Shown here: piece after piece, positions 1 to 12,717 of the stretch
Layout: each line of letters opens with the position of its first letter
Position numbering within the stretch: the first letter of the stretch is position 1
From: Moniliella sp. 'wahieum'
Taxonomy: Eukaryota
DNA length: 64,000 nucleotides
NCBI GenBank assembly: GCA_003971905.1
Contig: RSEE01000054.1
Coordinates: 372,001 to 436,000, forward strand
Direction of reading: 5' to 3'
Notes under the pieces: generated by a model
What the model saw: the letters and a program-made list of their open reading frames with translations, nothing else
Told to the model about the DNA's origin: nothing
The model's database searches: none
Position numbers and translations under genes: made by a program

Positions 1-382
1 TTTGGCTCGCATCCTACCTATCGACTCGGCATACGGCATGCGGGGGCTCGAGTTACCGCTCGCCTCGGACCGGCGCACGGTGACCATTCCGGCTGCGCAG
101 ATCGACACTATCTTTGGTCCACTCAACGTCCAGCACAATTGCGTGAAGGCCAAGTGCCGGATTGTCCCCAACAGCATTCCTGATCCGGTCACTGGCTTGA
201 CCTCCGATGCGGTCCAGCACAACAACTTAGCCGGGACGTCGGCGGTGCAACGCTACGTGCTCAACCACTTTGTCAATTCGGTCTCTCCCCACACACCAAC
301 ATCCTTCGACTTGCTGACTTGGCCTTTGCCCAAGACTGGGCAGTCGAGGGCAAGAATGCGCCTTCGGCCGACGACGTTGTGA
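1..382 (+). mobile_element. 3' fragment of a probable fungal DNA-transposon-associated ORF (partial, runs off window)
   Basis: ORF contains IFGPLNVQHNCVKAKC...VQHNN...RYVLNHF. This resembles the NVQH(D/N)C..YVLN motif I recall from C-termini of large basidiomycete transposon-derived proteins. It lies next to an LTR-like sequence. Family not verified. Confidence 0.35.
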
Positions 383-440
383 GCGCGGTACAAGCAGTGA
401 TGAACGATTAGACGGTTTTTTGCGGATGTGGCTACTCTAC

Positions 441-928
441 TGTAAGACCGGAGGAACCCACAAGGATTTGAGTGGAGAACCTCTGGAGATGTAGAGTAAT
501 GCAATCGCGCGATGGTGATGGTTGAGGTGTATATAACCCTTTTGCCACGCATGGAGGAGACATAGGGGTTCGAACAAGCCGGAGTATACACCCGGAAGCA
601 GAGGATTCGGTGGAGGCCCCAACAGCTACTACTGTTGAGGCGACGCAGCTGTGCGGGTTGAGATTCATTGCGCAGCAGAGAGGAAGGCCACTGGGAGGGG
701 TGATGGCTACGGTGGCGAACTGGACTGCCCTGAACTGACGATGACTGTTGTGCAGCATTGCTGCGTGTGCGGCGCAAGGAATGCGCCTTGAAAGCTCTGT
801 GAAAAATATGGTTCCAGTATAGAGATACTATACACCTGTTGCAGATTACTATTGCCCGTTGTTTTTGTGTTGTACCAGCCCAACAGTAGAGACGATACCG
901 TGGCCTCGACCTGAATGCATCTATTACA
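441..928 (-). mobile_element. LTR-like element (solo-LTR candidate)
   Basis: On the minus strand it reads TGTAAT...GGTCTTACA (TG..CA ends, 5-bp inverted termini), with a TATA-like GGGTTATATA about 90 bp from the 3' end. Its last ~160 bp are homologous to 20868-21023. No matching TSD found, so the 928 boundary is tentative. Confidence 0.5.
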
Positions 929-1134
929 AGGCCCGCTATGCAGTGTAGTGGAAGAAGAAAGGAAAGAAAAGAACGGGAGGGATTGAACCGATATAACTTC
1001 ATATAGTTGCGCGGCAGCGCACGCGAACCGCGAACCGCGAACCCCGAAGAGAGAGGGGGCCTAAACTAGTGAGCGCGGGGGGGGGGCAAACGAATCCATT
1101 CTAGCAAGAGAGCGGCACGAGGATCCAGAAAACG

Positions 1135-1283
1135 CGAACCAGAACGAGAACGAGAACGAGAATCGGAACCAGCAAGCGAACCAGAACGAGAACGAGAACC
1201 AGCAGGCGAACCAGAACCAGCAAGCGAACCAGAACCAGAACCAGAACAGAACCAGGACCAGGACCAGGACCAGGACCAGAACT
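1135..1283. repeat. Purine-rich degenerate hexamer microsatellite (GAACCA/GAACGA/GGACCA)
   Basis: Directly visible tandem GAACCA, GAACGA and GGACCA units. Confidence 0.9.
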
Positions 1284-1556
1284 AGGCCCAAGGCCCGAAG
1301 TAGAACGAGGGGGGGTATCGTCAAAGATCAGATCAAGAAAAAGAGACCAACGCAAAACGAGGGGGATCGAGCAGAGCTAGGGCAGATGTAGAGGTAGTAG
1401 ATGCGGAGCTGGATCACAGTAGGGTAGAAAACGGTGCAAGAGCACGGGAAAGGGGGGGGGGGCGGGGGTTCAAGTAGTTGGTGGGGGGGGCCCTAGGCTT
1501 TTTAAGTGGTGGTCCGACTTTTTTTTTCCAGTAGGGACGTGAGGGGCGGGAGGGGC

Positions 1557-1637
1557 GGGAGGCACGGGAGGCACTGGAGGCACGGGAGGCACTGGAGGCA
1601 CGGGAGGCACGGGAGGCACGGGAGGCACGGGAGGCAC
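1557..1637. repeat. 9-bp tandem repeat (G/T)GGAGGCAC x9 in the kinesin 3' region
   Basis: Nine consecutive units, ending 14 bp from the kinesin stop codon. Confidence 0.95.
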
Positions 1638-1650
1638 AGGGGGACGAAAG

Positions 1651-4600
1651 TTAGAGACAAAACAGCCGCGTACTCTTACGTTTCGTCACTTCCTCCAACC
1701 GAGCCGAGAGAGCTTCGCGCGCTTTATCGCGTGCAGCGCGTTCCTGTTCAATCTGCAATTCGAGCGCTTGGCGCTGTTCCTGTACACGTGCCTGGGTCTG
1801 GGCCAGTTCGGCAGTGGCCGCATCGACTTGAGTTTGCAACTCGCCCGATTGCGCCGCAAACGCATCGCGTTCCCGCGTCACTTCCGATACTTGCGTTCGC
1901 GCTTTGCGCAAATTGCGTTCGCTGTCGTTCAAGGCCGCTTCCAGCGTAGCGACCAAATCGGACGACGCGTGCGTTTCCGCTTCCAAGTGCGTCAACTTGG
2001 CTTGCAAGCGCTGGATCTCTTCCTGGGCACGCTGCTGTTCTTCGGGCGGGACCGTGGCCAAGGGCGCCATCACCATGGGCGCCGGACCGGCGGGGGCCGA
2101 CAGTGCCGGGCCCCGTGGTCGTCATGGACGATACCGAGTCGGCCAAACTGGAAGAACGAGTGAGCGAGGCGGGGCGGGCGGGACAGCCGTCGGGGTAGGT
2201 GGTGGCGGGCCTGCCGGAGGCGGCGTGGGCGGCGGAGGCGGTACTTTGCCACTGCCTGACGAGGGGCTGGCGCGATGCGCATGCGCATGCGCCGTATCCC
2301 ACGACGTGATTCGTCCTGGTGTCGCGTCTTGCTGGTCCAGCGTTGAACGCTGCGCTTTGCCCCCCGTCGAACGGAGGGATACCGCGCGCTCGGCGTGGGC
2401 CAAACGTTGTTGCGCGTCACGCAACAGCGCCTCGTTGCGCGCCGCATCTGCCAAGGCTGCTTGCGCTTCGGCGCGGGACCGAGCCAAGTCGGAGCGGGCT
2501 TGAGATAAGAGGGTACGGTGGGAATCCAGTTCGGCGAGTAAGCTAGCGTTGGCGGCGTTGCCGCTGCCATTCGTGCTGCCGGGCTCGTGCTGCATACCGC
2601 CCCTACTGCCCCAACTGCCCGACCCGGCCGAGGGTCCCAACGAGTCGCGTAGGACGGCGAGGTCGGTGGCAAATTGGTCGCGTTCCGCTTGGGCCTCGGT
2701 CAAGGCGCCTTCCAGCACGACAAGTGCGTCGGAGGTTTCGGCGAGCTCGGCTTTGAGCATGTCCATCTCCACGGGGTCCACTTGGACTTGGGCGGACAAT
2801 TGGGCGATGCGTGCCTCGTTGCGAGCGGCCACGGCGCGCGCTTCGTCGCTTGCCTGCCGCAACGCCGCGCACTCGTCGACCAACCGACGTACTTGGGCAT
2901 CGCGCTGGGCCAGTTCGCGCGCATGCGAGCCCACCGTCTGGGCATGGCTCGCGCCCAGCGCATCGAGGTCGTGGGAAGCGGTGTTACGTGCTTCCTCGAG
3001 CAAGGCAAGTTGCTTGCTGGTCTCGTCAACGTGGCGAGCGAGACGAGCCGCATGAGCCGCTTCGACCTCCTGCACCGCCTTGGCGTGCTCTTCGTCGCGA
3101 CGTTGCAGCTCGGCCTCGTTGGCCTGTTTCAACGCTGCCAGCGCCGCGGCGCCCGTCGCCTCGCCTTGCTCGCTCAGCTGGGCCAAGGCGCGCGCGTGCG
3201 TGTCCTGCAGGGCGGCGACCTCGGCCTGGGCCTGGTCACGGTGCGTGCGTTCGGCTTCGGCCAATGCGTCGGCATGCGCACGCTCCAGCATGGTCACTGA
3301 CGCTTGGTGCTTTTCCTCCAGCGCTTGGAGCGCCGTGGCAAGCGCAGCTTGGTGCTTTTCGTCCTGCGCTTGGAGCGCCGTGGCAAGCGCAGCTTGCTGA
3401 GCGTCCTCCGCTGCGCGCGTTTGGGCCGCGTGGTCATCAAGAAGCTTGGTCTGCGCCTCGGCGTGCTGCTGCTGCAACTGGGCTAGCGCACTGGCGTGCT
3501 GTTCGTCCGAGCGAGCGACGGCGGCTTTGAGCTCGCCATGCGCCTCGGCCAGCGCGCGGGCATGTTTCTCCCAGCGAGGCCAGGGCAGCGTCGTGCTCCG
3601 AACGCAGCTGGGCCAGAGCGTGCTGATGGTCCTCAGCGACCTGGGCCGCGGCCGCTTCGGCTGCTGCCTTGTCTTCCTGCTGGGCCTGACGGACGGTATC
3701 CAGCTCAGCTTGGTGCGCGTCGCGCAACTGGTCCAACGCAGTCTCGTGGTCAGTCTGCAACGCGGCGAGCGCAACGGTATGCTGCTCGGAGGTGGTGCGC
3801 AAGCGGTCCTCGTGCTCGGCTTGGAGGGTACTGTGGGCGTGGGCGAGCTGGTCAGCCTGCTTGGCCAGCGCGTCTGCTAGGGCAGCACGATGGGCCTCGT
3901 CGCGCTCTTTTACGGCACTCGCAACGGCCGCGACGGTGGCCGACGCATGCGCCGCCTCGGCGGCCTGCAGCGCGCGCGCATGCGACTCGGCCGCGTCGTC
4001 CCGGGCGCGCTGCAAGTCAAGCGCATGTTCCTCCTTGGCCTGCGCCAGCGCAGCGGCCAGGGCTGTCTCGTGGTTGCTTTGTGCCTGGTACAGCGCGTCA
4101 GCCTGCTGCGCGCGCCATTGGGCCAACGAGTTGTCCCTTTCTTCTTGCGACTGCGCCGCCCGAGCCTCGTCCTGCTCGGCGGCGGCACGAGCGGCGGCCG
4201 CCTGCGCCTCACGCTCCTCCCGCAGCGCTTGCGCATGTGCCTCGTCCCGCGCCGCCAGCGCCGCCTTGTGCTCGGCCAAACGCGCAGCCAGCGTTGCGGC
4301 CGCTGCGGTCTCGGCGGCAGCAAGGGCGGCAGCATGTTTTATCGGCTTGCGCTTGCGCTTCAGCGTGAAGCGACTGGAGCGAGGCGGTGGTGCGTGCTTG
4401 GGCTTCCTCGGCCGCCTCGGCCCGGGCTTGGACCAAAGTCTGATCCGCCTGCTGCAGCGCTTCCTCATGGGCCGCCTTGAGACTGGCGATGGCCTGGTCG
4501 TGCTGAGTCTGCAGGGAGCTGAGTTGGTCGGCATGCTCGGCCACGCGCGCAGCCAACGTTGCGGCCGCTGCGGTCTCGGCGGCAGCAAGGGCGGCAGCAT

Positions 4601-7600
4601 GCTTTTTATCGGCATCTGCTTGCGCTTCAGCGTGAAGCGACTGGAGCGAGGCGGTGGTGCGTGCTTGAGCTTCCTCGGCGGCTTCGACCCGGGCTTGGAC
4701 CAAAGCCTGATCCGCCTGCTGCAGCGCTTCCTCATGGCCCGCCTTGAGACTGGCGATGGCCTGGTCGTGCTGGGTCTGGAGGGAGCTGAGTTGGTCGGCA
4801 TGCTTGGTCTCCATGGCCGCGAGGGCTTGGTTGTGCTCTTGGATCAACCGAGTTTGGGCGGCGGTAGCCTGTTCGGTCTGGAGGGTGGACAAGGCAGTTT
4901 GGTGTTTGGTCTGGAGCGCGTCGATGGCCTGGGCATGGGTTTGGTCTGACTGGGCGAGCGCGCGCGCGTGGGTCGCCTGCGCTTGTTCCAGCGCATGCGC
5001 GTGCTCAGTAGCTTGCTGTGCCAGCGCGGCGTCGTGGGCCGCGGTGAGCTCGGCAAGACGAGCGGCGTGCGCCGCTTGGCTCTCTTGGTTCGCGCGCGTG
5101 GCCTGGCTCAGTTGCGCTTTGGCCGCGTCGGCCTGCTCGGCCGCCTCGGCAGCGGCGACCTGCGCAATCGCGTACTGTTCCTGCAGCGCACGGTGCGCTT
5201 GGGCCAACAGCGTGGCGGCATGGTCGCGCGCGGCCAAGACACGGGTGTGCGCCTGCTCTTGTTCGGCCATGTGGGCGGTATGGCGAGCGTCAAGCGCGGT
5301 CAACTGGTCCTTGTGCGTGTTTTCCTGCGTAGCGAGTTGGGCCATCAGTTGTTGCACTTGGGTCTGCATCGAGTCGCGCGACGAGGCGGATGGCGAGGCA
5401 GGGTCAGCGTGCAGCGCCTCGGTCGAGCCATTGGCCACCTCGGCTGCACCCACGGCCGCCAGCTCATCCGCCAAGGGGGTGTTGGGTTCCGTCCGACCGC
5501 GCACGGTGGCCGCAACATCGGAAGAAGAGGACACGCCAACTTGCTGCAGCCCATCCAGCTCGTCCTCCCTCTGGATCAGGAGCGCTTGCAACGTGTCCCG
5601 CTCGCGTTCCAAGGAACGGATCTTACGCTGAGCCTCTTCTGCAACCGCCGCCGCAGACGATCCTGCCGCCTCCGCTCGCCCTGCCACCGTCCCGCCCACC
5701 AGGGACAAGGGTCGGCGGCCTGGTTGGGACGAGGTGGAAGCGGAGCGGGCGTGCAAGGGCTTGGTGGGCGAGGTGGCCTCGGTGGGGCTGCCTTGGTGGG
5801 GAGCTGGTACATCGTTCAAGTCGCGTGCGGTGGAGGGCGCATCGGGTGGACGGTAGGCGATGCCCGAGTTGGACCGACGGTGGGTAGCACGGGAGGATGG
5901 ACGCGAGGGCGTGGAGAAGATAGCAGCGTCGCGGCCAGAGAGCGAGTTGCGCCGGGACGAGGCTGAGAATGACAGGCTGGAACGGCGACTGAGCCGGCCC
6001 TGGCTCGGCTGGTCACTGTCTTCCCCTCCATGCAAGAGGCGGGCAAGGTCCGGCTCGGTTCGGCTGCGCAGGGACGGGTGCCACGTTTCGCGACGGGTGC
6101 CGGTCGAATTGCGTCGCTGCAGCGCCTGGACCGAGTCGTCGTTGTGGATCGAGAGTACCTCGAGCGGATCGTCGGTACTGGAGCTGTTGCGCGTACGAGA
6201 GCTGGCGGCCGGGGTAGGCACGGACGACAGCTCGGCCACCTGCGTGGCCAACAGTTCGGCACGTTGCAACGATTCTTGGTGAGGGATTGGGCGGGTACCC
6301 AAGTCGGCCATCGCGGCGGCATACTTGGCCTTGATTTCCGCCAGCTCGGTGCGAACGGTGGCCAGCTCTGTCAACTCGGCACTGGATGCCGCCTCGGTGG
6401 ACTGGGCAGGAGACGGAGCTTCAGGCGATGCCGCCTGCGCACCAGACGGAGCGTCAGACGAAGACTCCAGTGCGCGCGACGGAGCGTCAGACGAAGACTC
6501 CAGCGCGCGCGACGGGGTGGTCTGGGCCTGTGCCTTGGCCTGTTCCACCTCGTTCTGCAGCGCCTCGATACGTTCTTGGCGAGCATCGAGCTCAGCAAGC
6601 AACAACTTGTGGTCCTGCTTGGACGAGTCGAGGTCGTCCAAGGCGTGTGCGGCGGAGCGGTCGTGGGCCGCTTGGGTTTCCCACTGGCTGAGGCTAGCCT
6701 GGGCGGCGGCCAAGTCGGTATCGGTCTGGGCCAAGCGAGCTTCGAGTTGTTGGATGTAAGATTCGTTGTGCTGTTCGCTGTGCTGGTGCCGGGCGAGGTC
6801 CTTGCGTGCCTGGGCCAAGGTCTCGACCAGCTGCTGGTGCGCTTGCTGGGTCGTGTGCAGCCGAGTCTCCAACTCACTCGCATAGTCTGCCCGGCGGCCT
6901 CGCGATCGGTCAACTGCACCGCGGCACTCTTCATGTCCGCCACTTGCTCCCCCAACGTCTCGGCCAGCCGCTCCTTTTCCGCCAGCAAGTCCTCCTGCTC
7001 CACCACGTGCTGTTCCAGGTCGGTAATCACATCCTCCGAGTGGCCCAGGGCGGCCTTGAGCAGGTTGATCTGGCCCGTCAACACGTCGATTGACTTTTCG
7101 TACTCGAGAATCCGGCTCGGCCGATTCGAGAAAGGTGTCCTTGCCCCGCTCCTCATCGGAAAAGTCGGGGGCCATAAGATCTTGCATGGTGGACGACTGA
7201 CGGCGCACCCGCTGACCCAGCCGCGTCTTGTCCATCTTGAGCTGCGCCACTTCCTGCGCCAGCTCGGCAAGGCGGTCCTGTTGGTTCCGGATGATCTCCT
7301 GGGCCTCGCGCGTGCCCGTGGGGAAGAGAGCCGAGGAGCGGAGTTTGGTGCTACCTGCGCCGGCACCTGCCGACGCCGGCGCCGCACGGCCGGCACGTGC
7401 ATCGAGCAGGTCACGGCGCAGCTTGGTCACGAGCATCTGCATGTGCGCCAGGTCGTCCCACCCGGGCTCATGTTCGTTGACCTCGGCCTTGTTTTTGATG
7501 GCGCGAGCGCGCGAAGCATACTGCAACGTATTCACCGTCTCACTCAGGTTGTACTCGGCGGGACTGACACAGGCAATCATCAACGTGTACGCGTTGCCCC

Positions 7601-9316
7601 CGAGCGAGTCTTGCAACAGACGGGTCAGCTTCGAGTCGCGGTAGGGCACATGCACCGCCTTTTTTCCCTTGGCCACGTCCCCCAGGGCAGAGATGACGTT
7701 GCCGAGCGCATGGAGACCCGAATTGATGCTGATGCCTTCCTTGATGCGCTCGCCTTTGGCCGCGGTCCGTTTAAGCTGTGGAAACGGAAAACGAACGCAC
7801 AGGGCGCCCCTAAGTTAGTCTTCTTGTCACGTCAAAAAACGATCCAGTCCCACAGGAGCGACCAAATACAAAACAAAAAGCAGAGAAGAGAAGAAGAGAA
7901 ACGAAAAGAGGAGGAAAGAACTCACCCGTTCCGACCCGGCCAAATCCACAAAGTGGAACTTGCTGATGGTCGTCACCATCTCGCCTTCGGTCAAGACGTT
8001 GGTACCTTGGGATACCGACCGGGCACGGTGCCCCAAGTTGGTGATGGTCGCCTGCGAGCTGGGCGAACGGAGGGCAAACATGGACTGGCGCTTGCCCTTG
8101 CCTGCCGTGGCGCCGGGCGTAGGCGAGGGAGACGGAGGGGGTGCAACAGTGGAGCGGGAGAGGGCGGACTGGGGCCGCGGGATGGCGGACATGCGGTTGG
8201 CCGGTGGTGGTGCGGCCGGTAGGGGTAGGGGGTGGTGCGACCGGCCGGGGTACGGCGGCCGAGACTGCTGGGCGGCGGGGACATGGTGGGGTCCGAGAAG
8301 GCCGAGGCGCTGGCCGCGACTGGGGGCCTGCGGGAGCTGTGGGACGGGGAGGTCGGGGGCGAGATGGCCATGTCGGGCGTCGCCTCGGCCGGGGCAAAGG
8401 ACAAGGGCGGGAGGGAGGCGGCACGGTTGGGTGAGGGTGAGGCGGTGAAGATGGCGTGGGAGCGGGAGGACTGGGCATTCATGTCGGTCGAGTTGGTGCG
8501 ACGGACGGCGTTGCCTTGGGCCAGGAGCGCCATCACATCTGCCACGCCATGGACCGGACCTCGTTCATGCCAGACCAGACGATCTGGCCCTTGTCCTGGC
8601 GGATCTGGACCAAGGGGCGCAGGTCGGCGGGGCGGTCGCTGTCGGCGAGGAGGTCGATGAGGTCCTCGTTGTAGAGCTCGATGAAGCTGACGCTGAGCGT
8701 ATAGCTGGAGCCGGGGCGGGTATCGCGGTTGGTGTAGTAGTAAAGATGTCGGCAATGGCGCGGGGGATGATGCCTGTGCCGGGCTCCCAGGCGCGGGGCT
8801 GGTCGGGGGGCGGGTAGTGGGGCGGGGCAGCGGCGGTGCCCATGGTGTAGGACTTGCCGCTGCTGGTCTGTCCATAGGCCAGGATGGTGGCGTTGTAGCC
8901 CTGGAAGAATTTGGGGATCAGGGGCTGGACCGAGTCGGCGTACACGTCGCTCTGGCCATGCTCGGGGGCGAGGACGCGGTCGTAGACATAGTCGGAGCTG
9001 GCGGCGGCGGCGGCGGTGATGGAGGCCGAGGCGGGGGCGGCGGCGCCGGGGGGGGCGGAGGGGTCGACGCGGAGGCGGGTGGGGGAGTCGGCGAAGATGG
9101 CGGTGCGCTGCCAGCGGGCGGGGATGGCGGTGTGGTCGTGGGCGGTGAGGGGGCGGATGCGGACGGCGACCTGGACGGCGTTGGGGGCGGTGGGGGTGGG
9201 GTCGGGGGCGCTGCTGGTGTGCGGGCGTGGGTGTGGGTGTGGGTGGGGGGCAGGGGTGTGGTGCGGGGGCGCGAGGGCGGGCGCGCAGCCGAGGGCGGGC
9301 GGGGGATGGCGGACAT
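1651..9316 (-). CDS. Kinesin-4 (KIF4/KIF21-like) motor with very long coiled-coil tail, ~2500 aa
   Basis: Motor motifs across frames: [11 protein letters not shown]-loop [29 protein letters not shown], switch [14 protein letters not shown], switch [51 protein letters not shown]. Intron 7776-7925 (GT..AG). Ala/Gln/Glu/His-rich coiled coil ends [10 protein letters not shown]. Probable start MSAIPRPP at 9316. Confidence 0.9.
4281..4807. repeat. Recent ~265-bp (~89 aa) tandem duplication inside the kinesin tail
   Basis: 4281-4545 and 4546-4807 are near-identical; [36 protein letters not shown] occurs twice. Confidence 0.95.
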
Positions 9317-9708
9317 GGGGGGCGGGGAGGCGTCCCAGCGGACCCAGGCCTGGTGGAGGTGGGGCAGCAGACAGCAGCCGCCCCCCCTGCATCTCTCTTC
9401 TGCACGGGGCGCCGCTGTCTCGGCGGGCGCAGCGCAGCACACGCGCCCCGTGCGGCGCGCATCCGGCCGAGTGGCGCCTGCAGGGTGGCGTGCATGCTCC
9501 CATCCCTCCCCCGCGGCTGCTGCCACGCTGGCACTTTCAATTTTACCCTCAACATGAATATTCAAGCGGGCGCGGCGTGGCACGAGGCAGGGCGAGCGCG
9601 TCGGCCGCACACACGCGAGGCGGCCGTTCTGCGCTCGCTCTCCACTCTCCTCTCCGCTTCCGCTCTCGGCTGTCTGCTCTGCTGCGGCGGCTGCCCCCCC
9701 CCACCGCG

Positions 9709-11223
9709 ATGCTCAGCCCCCGCGCCCCACCCGCCTTGCCCGCCAAGCGCACGCGCACCCGCTCCTGCTCCGCCGACGCGTGGCAGCCGGGCGGGCGCAC
9801 CAAGCGCATGCGCACCAGCACCAGCACGGCCGAATCCGATGCCGCGTCGGTGCCGTCGCCGCAATCCACCGCGCCTTCTTCGCCCCCCTCGGACGAAGCG
9901 GCGCATCTCAGTGGAGATGCATGGTGTGCCGCAGCTCTCGCTCCTCGCTGCGCCTCCCTGCCCCATCCCTTCTCTCCCGCCAGCCGATGCGCACCAGGCG
10001 GCAGACGCAGACACGCGTCGCATCACGCGCTCCGCACGCGTGTTGCGCGCCACGACCCGCCGTGGTCGGAAGGACGCGCTGGCGGCTGCTCAGCCCCCCG
10101 CACCAGCTACGCGCCCCGTCCCTTCCCTCCCAGCAGCAGACGATGAGGAGGAGGAGGAGGAGGAGGAGGAGGGGACGCGTCGCATCACGCGCTCGGGACG
10201 GGTGCTGCGCCCCCGGCTCGTGCTGGCCGGACGAAGGACGCGCGGGCTTCTCACTCCCTTGGCTCCGACGGCAGGGCGGACGTGCGTTCCGCCTGTTCGG
10301 ACCAGGACGTGCGTCGCATGACGCCTTCGGGCCAGGTGCCAGAGCGTGCGCCGGTGCGAGTGCGGTCGAAGGATCGGCTGCGCGCGTCGAGCGCACCTCG
10401 GTCGGACTTGCTGGGGTTGTGCAAGACGACGAAGACGTGTACCTGGCCCAGCGGCTTGGGGCGCCTGCGCACGCTGCTCCCTGGGTACCGCAAGGTGCCG
10501 ACGGTGGCCCAGATTGAGCGGGAGCTGGAACGGGAAGAGGAGGCCAAGGAGGAAGAGAGATGTGCATGACCAAGGCTGCTCGCGCGCGCAGGGCATTATG
10601 CGCATCACACCTCGTGCCAAGGTGCACCATGTACCGGCGCGGCAAGAGCAGGATGCGGCCTCGGCCCCGCGAGCCATGCGTTGGCGATGGGTGCGCTGGC
10701 ACGCAAAAACGCGCGCGGCCGAGGCGAGTCGGGTGGCGGACGACAAGTGGGTGCAGAGGGGCCGTAGCACCGCCGCTAGCGATCTACTTCGGACGCGCAA
10801 AAAGGCACTTCGGTTCGCCAAGAGTCGCATTCACGATTGGGGGCTGTACGCGCTGGAGCCGATTGCGCCGCGCCAAATGGTGATGAGTACATTGGCGAGT
10901 GGTGCGACAACAGGTGGCCAACGAACGCGAAACGCCGCTACGAACGGTCGGGCCAATTTTCCACCTACCTCTTTCGCGTCGACGATGACTGGTGGTCGAC
11001 GCACCTGCAAGGGCAACACGGCCGCTTGATGAACCATTCCTGCCGCCCCAACTGTACCGCAACATTGTGACCGTGAATGGCCACAAGCGCATTGTCGTGT
11101 ACGCCAAAGAATGGATCCTCCCCGGACGGGAGCTGACGTACGGACTACAAGTTGGCCCATTCCAACGACGAGGATCCGATTCGGTGCCTGTGCGGAGCCA
11201 AAGGCTGCCGCGGGTTCCTGTAA
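9709..11223 (+). CDS. Short Set1-like SET-domain histone lysine methyltransferase (~500 aa)
   Basis: LRTRKKALRFAKSRIHDWGLYALEPI, EYIGE, RYERSGQFSTYLFRVDDD, RLMNHSCRPNC, KRIVVYAK, ELTYDYK and post-SET CLCGAKGCRGFL*. An N-SET-like AARAQGIMRIT lies upstream. No RRMs seen. Confidence 0.85.
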
Positions 11224-11762
11224 ATCTCTCCTCTCGCTGGATGTTGCTTTTTTTTCCTTTTTTTCCCTCCTCTTGTTTCCCGCAGTTGTTCATACTGTTT
11301 GTTTACTCGACGCTTGGATCTCCCGTTTGCACTTTACTCTTTCTTCTGCCCTCAACAGCGCGATGGATTGCCGTCCCATCCATCTGGCCGGAAGACTGCC
11401 TACCAGGGACATAACTGTGTGAGCGCGAGAGGGATGCATAGCAGCGTTCAACCACAGTGCAAACCAGCCTTTTTGAGATATGCAACGACGCCAGAGGCAA
11501 CGGATGCAACAAGGGGGTAGGGGGATGGGGGTAGGTGCCAAGGAGAGCAGGGAGGAGGAGCATGGAAACATAGAGATCGGGTAGGGACCTCCATGTGCCC
11601 CAAGGAGCATAGATGGGATGCAGAACCATGATAGCCTACTCCCTACCGCCGCCTCCCCTCTCCTGAGGCTCCCCTCAACGACCTCGTACCACACAAGGAC
11701 CGTTCCCAACCAAAAAGAAGGACAACACGAGCGGCACACACGCCGAGTTGGTGTCTGACCGC

Positions 11763-12348
11763 TTAGTTTTGGTCTCCTCCTCCTGCTCCACAGCCAGGAT
11801 AGCGGCGCGCTTCTCGGCGATGCGCTGGGCGCGGCGCTCGCGCATGGCCTGTTGCGGGACCGACGGGCCTCCATCTGGTCGGCGAGGTGCTTGGAGCGGG
11901 CCTTTTCGGCCGGCCTTGTGGATGTGCTCAATCAGCACACGCTTGTTCTTAAAGACGTTACCCTTGCTCTTGAGGTAAAGCTCGTGGTAGAGGTGCTTGT
12001 CAATCTTGCCGGCCTCGCGGTACTTGCGCAGCAGGCGGCGGAGCACGCGCTGGCGGCGCATCCAAAGGATCTTGGTGGGCATGCGGGCTTCGGCCGTACC
12101 AAAGCGCTTACCGTGTCCGTGTGGCGGCCGAGACGCTTGGCCGCGTGCAGCGCACGCGCCGGCCCTTGGACTGGCCCACGTCGGGCTGCTTGAGGATCTG
12201 GCCCTCGGCAACGAGCTTGCGGATGTGGCACGGCTGTTGGCGTTCGCAATCTCGCCCTGCTCGGCCGGGTCGAGCCACACCTTGCGCTTGCCAACACCGA
12301 GCACCTCGCCGCCAGACGCTTCTGGATCCGAAGGTTGCTGCCTGCCAT
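11763..12348 (-). CDS. RPL19: 60S ribosomal protein L19 (eL19)
   Basis: [85 protein letters not shown]. Stop position approximate. Confidence 0.95.
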
Positions 12349-12717
12349 CGTTTGTTTAGTCTTGGTGGATCGACGGCCCAGCCCGCCGTCCGGCAGCGCG
12401 CGACGAGCAGCACGCAACCGACGGGGGGGGCGGGGGGCTCAAGCCCAAAACTCGCGCCGTGCCGTGCCGCAGCCTCCCGCACAGGGGAAGTATCGGCGCC
12501 AGGAATATTTCGTGGCCAAGCGTCGCAACACACTGGGCCTGCGCGACGCCTCGTACGGCTGCACGGCGCCGCGGAGCAGGGTTGGCAACCCTACTCTGCC
12601 TGGGGTGGCCCACCGCCGGGAGCAATGGGCGCGAGGATGGGAAGGCGAGCGGGGGCCTAACCCGCCCGCCCCGCCCCCACCACTCGTTGCTTCCTCCCGC
12701 TTGCTGCTGTGCTCAAC

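Noticed and set aside
1061..1355. Hydrophobic ORFs (VLVLVL, FWFWF) as membrane proteins
   Set aside because: Translations of the hexamer microsatellite.
6030..8222. Long antisense ORFs (730 aa here, and many others of 200-390 aa)
   Set aside because: Shadows of GC-rich coding sequence on the opposite strand, with no recognisable motifs.
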